NCBI GenBank assembly: GCA_001800285.1
Contig: MGVC01000013.1
Coordinates: 79,175 to 143,174, forward strand
DNA from: Elusimicrobia bacterium RIFOXYA2_FULL_39_19
GTDB lineage: Bacteria > Elusimicrobiota > Endomicrobiia > CG1-02-37-114 > XYA2-FULL-39-19
Direction of reading: 5' to 3'
DNA: 64,000 nt
Position numbers and translations under genes: made by a program. This document shows positions 56,700-64,000 of this stretch, piece after piece. The notes below the pieces were generated by a model. It was not told where the DNA came from. It ran no database searches and was given only the letters and a program-made list of their open reading frames with translations. Each line of letters begins with the position of its first letter. The first letter of the stretch is position 1.

Positions 56700-58701
56700 C
56701 TATAAAACCGGTTCTTATGGCATTTTTTTCTGCTTCAGTTGCCGGAAAGGCATCTACCACTTTTGCAAACAAGGTCTGCTGCGCAAACGCATGGCTTGCC
56801 AGTTTATCTGCGGTAATACCTTTTGAACCGTAAGGCTGTTTATAAATGTCAAAGAAAATCAAAACCTGCTTTAGCGCTTCATCTACTTCATATGCCTGGG
56901 CAAATTCTTCTGCAATAATTGAACTGTAAAGCTGTTCAATCATGGTTTTATTTACTTTTTTTTCTACATTTTTTCTGTTAATTTTCATTTCTTTCCAGAG
57001 TTCTATGTTGAGCGCGCAATCCGGGAAGTGGCCCTGGGAGAACATGCCAAGCAAACCTTCAACGTGAGGAAATCTGTTGCCGTACGGAGGCCTCATGGAT
57101 GCCTGCAAGTCGCCGGTTTCCCATTCCTGCACACCCTGTTTTTTCATTATGGGTGATTTTTTAAGGGCTGTCATTATCTTGTGTGACCTTTTGGATATGG
57201 CTTCCGCTATGGTGCAAATGGCCAGGTCCTGCGGAAAAAGTTTGCCTTCGTGGTTTTCATATTCTGCCGGAGTTATTTCTTCCGGAAGTATCAGGCCGGC
57301 CTCTTTGGCAAGTTTTCTTGCTTCAGGGGCATCTAAAGTACCGTTTTTCTTATTATCAATTTTCATTACTTCTTCAGCTTTTGCGGTGTTGCCCTGTTTT
57401 TTATAAACATCGGCAAGTTTCTGTATGGCATACCATCTTAATGCGGCTTCTATACGGCCGCCCATTTTGGTGATAATAGAATGGGTGATTAACAGGCCTT
57501 TCTTGCGGGCTTTGGCGTGGCCTCTTAACTGGCAGAAAAATGAATACAGGCCGTCTGTCATAAAACCGGCTACGGTAACATTGTTATTAGCACCTTCTGC
57601 CATAACCTGTTCCATGGCACTGCCTGAATCCCCTTCGGCTAAATCAAAATTGCCTTTTTTTACCTGTTCTACCATCAATTTATCTACATCCCCGTAAACG
57701 GATTTTGCTGAGCCGTCAACTTTGTAAAATACGTGGGACTGGCCTTTTCTGGCTTTTATTTCTTCCGGGGTTAAGGTATCTTCAAGGAATAAACCGGAAT
57801 CATATTTCATACATTCATCATTGAATTCTTTGTGAAGGGTTAAAATATCGCTTTTAAGTTTTTCCGGCTGATTGTAAGTTCTGGGGTTTACCTGAAAACT
57901 GATTTTGCCTTTTTCTGTAAGTAAAAATACCGCTCTCTGCGCTAAACGGGCTTTATAACCGGCTATTTTTGTGGCACCGCGTACCAGTTCTTCGCGGGAT
58001 AGCTTTCCTTTATTATCAAGGGCAAACTGTCTTTTCATGGCCTGAAGCACATCATCTTCTGCTAAAGCCAAGCGGGCCAGTGTAGGGTTCATCATAACCA
58101 GGTCTGCACCCCAAAGGATACGCGCTTCTATAATGCCTAAACCGTAATCTACACCTACTATCATATTAGCTTTTTCTTTGATTTTTCTAAGGTTGGATTT
58201 TTTGCCGAATTTGGCCCAGAATTTAATCCAGGCTTTTACGGAGGTGGCTTCAATTTCTTTGGATTTTTCTGCCAACAGGCCTTTACCGGCCGAGGCCATA
58301 ATTCTGCCCATACGGGTTTTTTCCTTATTAAGCAGGCCGGACATAACATTTTTATGTTTTGCTTCAAGTTTTTTAAGGAGTTTGTAAAGGTTTCTTACTT
58401 CTGGTTTGAGCACTTTGTCCGGAACGATATTGTTTTTATGCCTTTCTTCGTTTTGCAAGTTAAGAGTAAGTTCGTAAGAGCCATCAAGAGCCATGGTAAC
58501 CCAGATAAGGAAAAGAAATACTTTCTCTTTTTCTTCTTCTGTATAACCGGATATTTCGGAAACTATTGTTTCCTGGATTTCTTTGATTCTTGCAGGAAAA
58601 TCCTTGGGGTTGGTAAAACACGTTACATTGTCAAATGCCTGTGCCTGTGAAAACAAATCACCTTTTGCCTGGTCAACAATTTTTCTTACTTTTGGATCCA
58701 T
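56656..58701 (-). CDS. Long transaldolase-family protein with about 190-aa N-terminal and about 200-aa C-terminal extensions.
   Basis: The core aligns by eye to TalB. IVGVDYGLG...GADLVMMNPTLARLA matches VVADTGD...DATTNPSLILNA. GKISFQVNPRTYNQ matches GRISTEVDARLSYD. VFYKVDGS matches ILIKLAST, the Schiff-base Lys region. ...IITKMGGRIEAALRWY matches ISPFVGRILDWY. Strong RBS AAAGGAGAACG. Confidence 0.5.
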   Translation of the reverse strand: MDPKVRKIVDQAKGDLFSQAQAFDNVTCFTNPKDFPARIKEIQETIVSEISGYTEEEKEKVFLFLIWVTMALDGSYELTLNLQNEERHKNNIVPDKVLKPEVRNLYKLLKKLEAKHKNVMSGLLNKEKTRMGRIMASAGKGLLAEKSKEIEATSVKAWIKFWAKFGKKSNLRKIKEKANMIVGVDYGLGIIEARILWGADLVMMNPTLARLALAEDDVLQAMKRQFALDNKGKLSREELVRGATKIAGYKARLAQRAVFLLTEKGKISFQVNPRTYNQPEKLKSDILTLHKEFNDECMKYDSGLFLEDTLTPEEIKARKGQSHVFYKVDGSAKSVYGDVDKLMVEQVKKGNFDLAEGDSGSAMEQVMAEGANNNVTVAGFMTDGLYSFFCQLRGHAKARKKGLLITHSIITKMGGRIEAALRWYAIQKLADVYKKQGNTAKAEEVMKIDNKKNGTLDAPEARKLAKEAGLILPEEITPAEYENHEGKLFPQDLAICTIAEAISKRSHKIMTALKKSPIMKKQGVQEWETGDLQASMRPPYGNRFPHVEGLLGMFSQGHFPDCALNIELWKEMKINRKNVEKKVNKTMIEQLYSSIIAEEFAQAYEVDEALKQVLIFFDIYKQPYGSKGITADKLASHAFAQQTLFAKVVDAFPATEAEKNAIRTGFIGDFNLLGEELENQQ

Positions 58702-58887
58702 TTACGTTCTCCTTTATTATTAGTTTCAAATTCTCTTACTTTTGCTTCATAGCAACTGCTGATTTTTTTTGGCTATGAAATGGATAATTTTTGTTATTGT
58801 GCTGGAAGGACTAAATACTACTATTTTATTTAATTTTTGTCAAAATGTTTTAATTAATGTGTTAAAAAGCTCGGAAAATGAACTTTT

Positions 58888-59226
58888 TTACAATTTTTTG
58901 CATTTTTCTCTTTTCAAAATTGCCGTTTTTGCTTTAATCCCGCCAGTTCCAGAATACCCGCCTATCTCTCCGTTTGATTTTATTACTCTATGGCAGGGAA
59001 TGACAGGTGCAAAAGGATTTTTTGCCAGAGCAGTTCCCACCGCACGGTATGCCTTAGCCCGGGCAATCTGGCGGGCTATCCATTTATAAGATTTTGTCTG
59101 CCCTTTTGGTATTTTCAGGCATGCCAACCATACCTTTTGCTGAAATTCGGTGTATTTCTTGATTTTTTTTAGTACTACGGAAAGTTCATTCATTGAAAAA
59201 GTACATATATCCGGTAGAATCTTCAA
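58888..59226 (-). CDS. ogt: Methylated-DNA--protein-cysteine methyltransferase (short Ogt, active-site domain only).
   Basis: The active-site motif IPCHRVI is present. Confidence 0.7.
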   Translation of the reverse strand: MKILPDICTFSMNELSVVLKKIKKYTEFQQKVWLACLKIPKGQTKSYKWIARQIARAKAYRAVGTALAKNPFAPVIPCHRVIKSNGEIGGYSGTGGIKAKTAILKREKCKKL

Positions 59227-59734
59227 AAGAATAGATTTTTTTGCGTTGTATAAAATTATTTCTTTTATATTGCTTATAATACTTTTTTACTAATTTCACG
59301 TAATTTGCTGTTTCTTTATAAGGAGGTATGCCGTCATACCGGTTTACGGCGCCTAACCCGGCATTATAAGCGGCAATCGCGTAGTCCAGGTCACCGTTAT
59401 ATACTGCTATAAGTATGGATAAATGCCTGGTGCCTGCGCCGATATTTTCGTGCGGGTCAAAAGCGTTGCGGACCCCCTGCATTTTCAGCACGCCCGGCAT
59501 TAACTGCATAAGGCCTTTTGCCCCTTTGCAGGAAACGCTTTTGTGGTAAAAGTTTGACTCTACCTTTATAAGCGCTTTTACCAGAAACGGGTCAACACGG
59601 TTTCTGTGGCTGTGAAAAAGAATGATATCATCATACTTAGATTCAGAGCTGTTTTTTTTGCTTTTTGCGCAGATATCACTGGCATCACTGATAAAAAGAA
59701 AAAAGGTTAATAGTAAAAGGGCAGTTTTTTTCAT
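59186..59734 (-). CDS. Soluble lytic transglycosylase (SLT-domain) protein.
   Basis: 182 aa with a signal peptide. The SLT catalytic motif ESNFYHKSVSCKGAKGLMQLMP is present. Confidence 0.7.
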   Translation of the reverse strand: MKKTALLLLTFFLFISDASDICAKSKKNSSESKYDDIILFHSHRNRVDPFLVKALIKVESNFYHKSVSCKGAKGLMQLMPGVLKMQGVRNAFDPHENIGAGTRHLSILIAVYNGDLDYAIAAYNAGLGAVNRYDGIPPYKETANYVKLVKKYYKQYKRNNFIQRKKIYSFEDSTGYMYFFNE

Positions 59735-61041
59735 TTTTGTGCCAGGGATCCTTTGAAAGCTTTTTTTCTTACAAGCCGGTGATAGGTTATAGCAAATCTG
59801 TGCGCTTCGTCTCTTATATGCTGGAGCAGTTGTAGCGCAGGATTATCTTTTGTCAGTGCCAGCGGTTCGCTTTTATCGGTAGTAAAAATTAGTTCATCTT
59901 TTTTTGCCAATGAAATAACCGGCAGAGTTTTCAGATTTAGGCTGGTAAGCGTTTTTTTTGCGGTATCCAGATGGCCTTTTCCTCCGTCAATCATTACCAG
60001 GTCAGGCAGCTTGCGGTTTTCTTTGATAAGACGGGAATACCTTCTCTGCACAACTTCCCTCATCATGGCATAATCATCTATAGCGCTGACTGTTTTTATT
60101 TTAAACCTACGATAATTGCTTTTATCAGGAAGCCCGTTATTAAACCTTACTACCGAACCCACCGCCTGCTGGCCTTGAATGTTGGAAATATCTATACATT
60201 CAATTTCTACCGGTACGGTTTTAAGGAAAAGATAATTTTTAAGATTGCTTAACGTACGCGCTGTTTCCATTTTTTGCGCAAGTTCCGGCTCTTTTATTTC
60301 GCGGAACCGTATTCTGTCAAACATGCCTTCAAGTGTTTTTATATTATCCCGCAATTGGGCGGCTTTTTCGTATTGCATTTTTTTACTTAAATCAGCCATT
60401 TCTATTTTAAGCACCGCTATTAACTGCGGGTATTTCCCCTGCAAAAACAGCTGGGCTTTTCTTACATTCTTCATATAATCGGTTTTAGTTATCTTGTTCA
60501 GGCAAGGCGCAGTGCATTTTTTCAGCTGGTAATAAATACAGTTGCCGTACTTGGCATTTTTAGCGGAGTTTTCCAAGATCACGCTTTTGCACGGCCTCAG
60601 GTTAAACGTAAAGGTGAGATATTTAAGCAGTTTTGCAGTATTGCCCAGGTTATGATAGGGGCCGTAACACCTGGCTTTGTACATTTTCCCTTTTCGGGAG
60701 ATTATAAGCTTTGGAAAATCTTCGTTTAATGTAACGCAGATGAACGGGTAGGTTTTATCATCGCGCCACATGATATTATACTTGGGTTTAAACTTTTTTA
60801 TTAGTTTATTTTCAAGCAAAAGCGCGTTTTTTTCTGATTCCGTGATAATGTAATCTACAAGGCGGATATTGGAAACCAGGGCGGCGGTTTTCTGGGAGTC
60901 ATGATGGCGGCCGAAATAAGTGGATACCCGTTTCTGGAGGTCTTTTGCTTTACCAACGTATAAAATCTGGTTGGCATAATCCCGCATAAGGTATACGCCG
61001 GGATTGTGAGGCAGGTTTATAGAAAGTTTCTGCATAATCAA
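59731..61041 (-). CDS. uvrC: UvrC-like excinuclease lacking the C-terminal (HhH)2 domain.
   Basis: 436 aa. GIY-YIG domain (GVYLMRD...ILYVGKAKDLQKRVSTYF), UvrB-interacting motif (YEKAAQLRDNIKTLE) and RNase H-like endonuclease domain are present. The protein ends ...RDEAHRFAITYHRLVRKK..., followed by a stop. Confidence 0.65.
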   Translation of the reverse strand: MIMQKLSINLPHNPGVYLMRDYANQILYVGKAKDLQKRVSTYFGRHHDSQKTAALVSNIRLVDYIITESEKNALLLENKLIKKFKPKYNIMWRDDKTYPFICVTLNEDFPKLIISRKGKMYKARCYGPYHNLGNTAKLLKYLTFTFNLRPCKSVILENSAKNAKYGNCIYYQLKKCTAPCLNKITKTDYMKNVRKAQLFLQGKYPQLIAVLKIEMADLSKKMQYEKAAQLRDNIKTLEGMFDRIRFREIKEPELAQKMETARTLSNLKNYLFLKTVPVEIECIDISNIQGQQAVGSVVRFNNGLPDKSNYRRFKIKTVSAIDDYAMMREVVQRRYSRLIKENRKLPDLVMIDGGKGHLDTAKKTLTSLNLKTLPVISLAKKDELIFTTDKSEPLALTKDNPALQLLQHIRDEAHRFAITYHRLVRKKAFKGSLAQK

Positions 61042-62609
61042 TCATCGCCGAGAAGAGACTGAATTTTCAAAAACTCAAAAACAGGCTTGCGTTCTTCTAT
61101 TTTAAGTATTCTTGATGAAACAAAATATGTTAAGACACCTAATATTATGGCTGATGGAACGGAAATCATTATACTTAGTTTTGGAATAGAAACAACAAGA
61201 TAAATTACCACACCCATTATGGCGCTGGCGGTAGTAACCTTAAAGAAACTTTCCAGTATTTTTGCTCCGCCAATCAAACCTATTCGTTTTCTTAAATAGT
61301 AAAACAAAATTCCCATATTAACATAAGAAGCAACAGAAGTTGCCAGGGCCAGCCCGCCAACGCCAAGAGGCCACATTAAAATTAAGCTTAGTACAACATT
61401 TACAGCTACTGCAATAAGCGCTGATCTTACAGGTATTTTTGTTTCTTTCATAGAGTAAAACACGCTTACAAGAATTTTTACAAATGAATAGGCCAGTAAG
61501 CCCAAGGAAAAAAAGGCCAGTGCTGAATAGGTCATTAAACTGGCTGAGTAACTAAATTTCCCATGTTCAAACAATAAACGTATTATAGGAAGGCCGATAA
61601 CGATAAGGCCTATGGTTGCCGGTATAAGTGTGTACATTACCAGGCATAACGAAAAATTCAGTGTTTTCTTAAGCTGGTTCATGTCATTTTTTGCAAAACT
61701 CTGCGACATTAAAGGCAGGCTTACGGTGGCCATAGCAATACCAAAAAGCGCTAAGGGAAGCTGCATAAGCCTGTTTGAATAATATAAAGCGGTAATTGAG
61801 CCTTCCGCAAGAAATGATGCACAAATGGTATCTACAAATGCGTTTATCTGGTCTGCTGAAAAACTGATAATCGTAGGAATGATGAGCGTAAACACTTCTC
61901 TAAGGCCGGGATGTTTCAGGTTAAGGCTGAACTTTATTTTAAAGCCGTAACGGAAAACATCCAACTGCTGAACCACATACTGCAATAACCCGCCTACTAC
62001 CACACTTATTGCCAATCCTTTAATCTGCGCTACATCCGGGAGCGTGATAAAATAAGTTATCAGAAACACATACCCCACTTCTGCTATGCTTAAAGACGCA
62101 GGAGCTACTGCAGGCAGAAAAAATTTCTTTAAAGAATTCAAAACACCCAGCATTAAAGCAGCCAGACAGGCAAACAGCAGAAACGGAAACATTAAACGCG
62201 TCAGGATTACCGCTATTTCCATCTTTTCAGGAGTATCTGTAAAACCAAATGCAATAAGTTTTGTAATAGGCCCGGCAAAAATCATACCAAGAGCCGTTAT
62301 TACTAAAAGTATAAGGAAAAGGGCTGTAAAAACGTTGTTTAAAAGGTCCTGGGTTTCTTCTTTGGTTTTTGTTTCAAGGTAATTGCTGAAAACAGGTACA
62401 AAAGCGGTAGAAACTGACCCTTCTCCCAGTAATCTACGGAAGAGGTTGGGTATGCGGTAAGCGGCATAAAAGGCATCTGCAAATATGCCTGCACCAAAAA
62501 TCTGCGCTACCAGCATATCACGGATATAGCCGAGAATACGGGATATTCCTGTAGCTATTGATACACTGCCTGCAAATTTTGTTATTTTTTTGTGTTCTGT
62601 TACTGACAT
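61038..62609 (-). CDS. murJ: Lipid II flippase MurJ (MviN).
   Basis: 523 aa with 14 predicted TM segments. The MurJ N-terminal signature is present (...SRILGYIRDMLVAQIFGAG...AFYAAYRIPNLFRRLLGEG). Confidence 0.8.
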   Translation of the reverse strand: MSVTEHKKITKFAGSVSIATGISRILGYIRDMLVAQIFGAGIFADAFYAAYRIPNLFRRLLGEGSVSTAFVPVFSNYLETKTKEETQDLLNNVFTALFLILLVITALGMIFAGPITKLIAFGFTDTPEKMEIAVILTRLMFPFLLFACLAALMLGVLNSLKKFFLPAVAPASLSIAEVGYVFLITYFITLPDVAQIKGLAISVVVGGLLQYVVQQLDVFRYGFKIKFSLNLKHPGLREVFTLIIPTIISFSADQINAFVDTICASFLAEGSITALYYSNRLMQLPLALFGIAMATVSLPLMSQSFAKNDMNQLKKTLNFSLCLVMYTLIPATIGLIVIGLPIIRLLFEHGKFSYSASLMTYSALAFFSLGLLAYSFVKILVSVFYSMKETKIPVRSALIAVAVNVVLSLILMWPLGVGGLALATSVASYVNMGILFYYLRKRIGLIGGAKILESFFKVTTASAIMGVVIYLVVSIPKLSIMISVPSAIILGVLTYFVSSRILKIEERKPVFEFLKIQSLLGDD

Positions 62610-62692
62610 TAGGGTTTTTCCTGTATGTTTTTACGTATTTGGAGTCCGTTAAAACCTAAAATATGGCATGATTTTTATTGCTGTTTTTCGTG

Positions 62693-62721
62693 TTGACTTT
62701 TAATGTTTCATATACTATAAT
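62693..62721 (+). promoter_or_regulatory. Sigma-70 promoter, TTGACT-N17-TATAAT, for rpsT.
   Basis: Read directly. An RBS (GGAGAGGAAG) precedes the ATG at 62761. Confidence 0.5.
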
Positions 62722-62760
62722 ATTTCATCGTAAAAATCAAAAAACGGAGAGGAAGCAGAA

Positions 62761-63039
62761 ATGGCAAAATTAAAAACAGGCAGGCATACGTCGGGTATTA
62801 AAGAATTAAGAAAAAACAAAAGAAGATACAAATTCAACAAAAAGTTCAAAGAAACTGCAAGAGACCTTGCAAAACAGATGAAAAAAGCAGTGAAAACCGC
62901 TAATAAAGAAGAAGCAAAGAAACTTCTTATTGATGCAATCAGCAAATATGACAAAGCCGTAAAACATAATATCTTTCACAAAAATATGGTAAACCACAAA
63001 AAGTCCCAGCTAATGAAACTCATCAACACCCTTAAGTAA
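62761..63039 (+). CDS. rpsT: 30S ribosomal protein S20.
   Basis: 92 aa, basic and helical. MAKLKTGRHTSGIKELRKNKRRYKFNKKFKE... matches the S20 family. Confidence 0.8.
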   Translation: MAKLKTGRHTSGIKELRKNKRRYKFNKKFKETARDLAKQMKKAVKTANKEEAKKLLIDAISKYDKAVKHNIFHKNMVNHKKSQLMKLINTLK

Positions 63040-63067
63040 ACTTCAATTTCAATGAATAATAAAAAAA

Positions 63068-63096
63068 GAACCCAGTATAATATGGGTTCTTTTTTT
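63068..63096. terminator. Bidirectional rho-independent terminator between rpsT (+) and holA (-).
   Basis: The stem GAACCCA...TGGGTTC is flanked by an A-run on one side and a T-run on the other. Confidence 0.55.
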
Positions 63097-63114
63097 ATAT
63101 CCTAACTCACTTTA

Positions 63115-64000
63115 TTAGATCAATTCAGCTATTACTGTTCGCAGGTCAGGGTTTTCAATCTTGCCGGACTTTACCGCCAGCTCTGTTTCCAGCAATACTT
63201 CCATTTTTTTGACTATATCTGCCATTTTAAATTTCTTAACTTTAGGTACAAAATTGCGGTCATAAACCCTGAGTTTTTTCATTATAGTGTCTGTCGGCAC
63301 ATTTTTATTTGCCATATCAATAGCCATTATCATTTTTCTGTACGTTCTGTAAAGCAGACTGTATAAATGGAAGTATTCACTGCCGGAATTAAGCAGGTTA
63401 TCTACCAGCTCCAGTGCTTTACGCTTGTCGTTATTTATTATGACATCGGTAAACTGGTATATGTTTTCCTGTTTAATGAAACCGCTGCACTCAAAAATAT
63501 CCTTGGACTCTACTTTAGGGTTTTCTTTTGTAAATAACAAAAGTTTCTCTACTTCGTTTTTAATGTCAAACAAATTATCGCCAGAAAGCTGGTAAAGGTA
63601 TTCAGCGTCCGGGTAGGCAATGGTTTTATTATTGTTTTTAAATTCGTTTATTATGAAGTTTATGCATTCATTTGGATATAAAGGGCGGAATTCTACTACG
63701 TCTCCGATATTTGATATGGTTTTTATAAGCAGGTTTGAATAAAGCTCATCTCTTCTTAACTTAAGCGGATTTATAAAGATTATATAAGGAGTAAAGTTGC
63801 CTGCGCCCAGAGCAGAAACTATCAGTTTCACTGTGGCAGCTTTTAGTTTATTGGCATCTTTTACAATGGTTACCTTTTCTTCACTGAACAAAGACATAGA
63901 TGCAATGGTGCTCATAAACTCATCTATGTCAAAACCGTTGCCATAAAAAACTGCCCGGTCTGTTTTCTGCGCCAAAGCTTTCTGCAGGTTATTTACAAAC
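63115..64000 (-). CDS. holA: DNA polymerase III delta subunit (HolA-like), 5' end beyond the window.
   Basis: Clamp-loader delta-like sequence. The frame stays open upstream of the track's TTG at 63975 through position 64000. Confidence 0.55.
   Translation of the reverse strand, partial: FVNNLQKALAQKTDRAVFYGNGFDIDEFMSTIASMSLFSEEKVTIVKDANKLKAATVKLIVSALGAGNFTPYIIFINPLKLRRDELYSNLLIKTISNIGDVVEFRPLYPNECINFIINEFKNNNKTIAYPDAEYLYQLSGDNLFDIKNEVEKLLLFTKENPKVESKDIFECSGFIKQENIYQFTDVIINNDKRKALELVDNLLNSGSEYFHLYSLLYRTYRKMIMAIDMANKNVPTDTIMKKLRVYDRNFVPKVKKFKMADIVKKMEVLLETELAVKSGKIENPDLRTVIAELI

Noticed and set aside
1-64000. CRISPR arrays, tRNA/rRNA genes, and IS or transposase/integrase genes.
   Set aside because: No direct-repeat/spacer periodicity was seen, no tRNA-like T-loop (GGTTCGA) was found in the few intergenic regions, and no ORF carries transposase or integrase motifs. 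The window looks like core chromosome.

Overview
This window is 64 kb of AT-rich (roughly one-third GC by eye), gene-dense bacterial chromosome, almost entirely coding and mostly on the minus strand. The gene content indicates an outer-membrane (diderm) bacterium: BamA, Skp, a TamB-like giant protein, lipid A genes, MsbA, Lnt and MurJ are all present. In coordinate order the window holds the following. (1) Two tandem Wzy_C/O-antigen-ligase-like membrane proteins; the first runs off the window end, and I recovered it by hand because it is not in the ORF track. (2) A complete, contiguous type IVa pilus operon read pilB-pilT-pilC-pilA-pilD-pilM-pilN-pilO-pilP-pilQ, translationally fused upstream to recG-coaD. 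(3) rpmB on the plus strand. (4) An envelope supercluster: tamB-like, bamA, skp, lpxC, fabZ, lpxA, a DUF1009 protein (LpxI-like), a Gfo/Idh/MocA oxidoreductase, lpxB and msbA. (5) A clpC-mcsB-mcsA protein-quality-control operon, followed by ilvE, lysS, a stand-alone receiver protein, prfB with its conserved +1 frameshift site, lnt and secA. (6) One long operon containing two CheY-like receivers, a thioesterase, an alpha/beta hydrolase, galT (type 2), a galE-like epimerase, galK and a LOG-family protein. (7) A plus-strand two-gene island, a deoxyhypusine-synthase-like protein plus a class III aminotransferase, bracketed by a consensus sigma-70 promoter and a bidirectional terminator. (8) A sugar/pentose-phosphate operon: transketolase, a cyclophilin-like small protein, a xylose-isomerase-like TIM-barrel protein, a secreted unknown, a GatZ/UxaE-like protein and an unusually long (681 aa) transaldolase-family protein. 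(9) ogt, a lytic transglycosylase, a UvrC-like protein lacking the C-terminal HhH domain, murJ, rpsT and a partial holA. I found no rRNA, tRNA, CRISPR array, transposase or integrase. The most promising candidates for new biology are the DHS-like/aminotransferase module, the long transaldolase-centred sugar operon, and the Wzy_C pair attached to the pilus operon, which may be pilin O-glycosylation machinery. All functional calls rest on motif recognition from the translated ORFs; no database search was possible.
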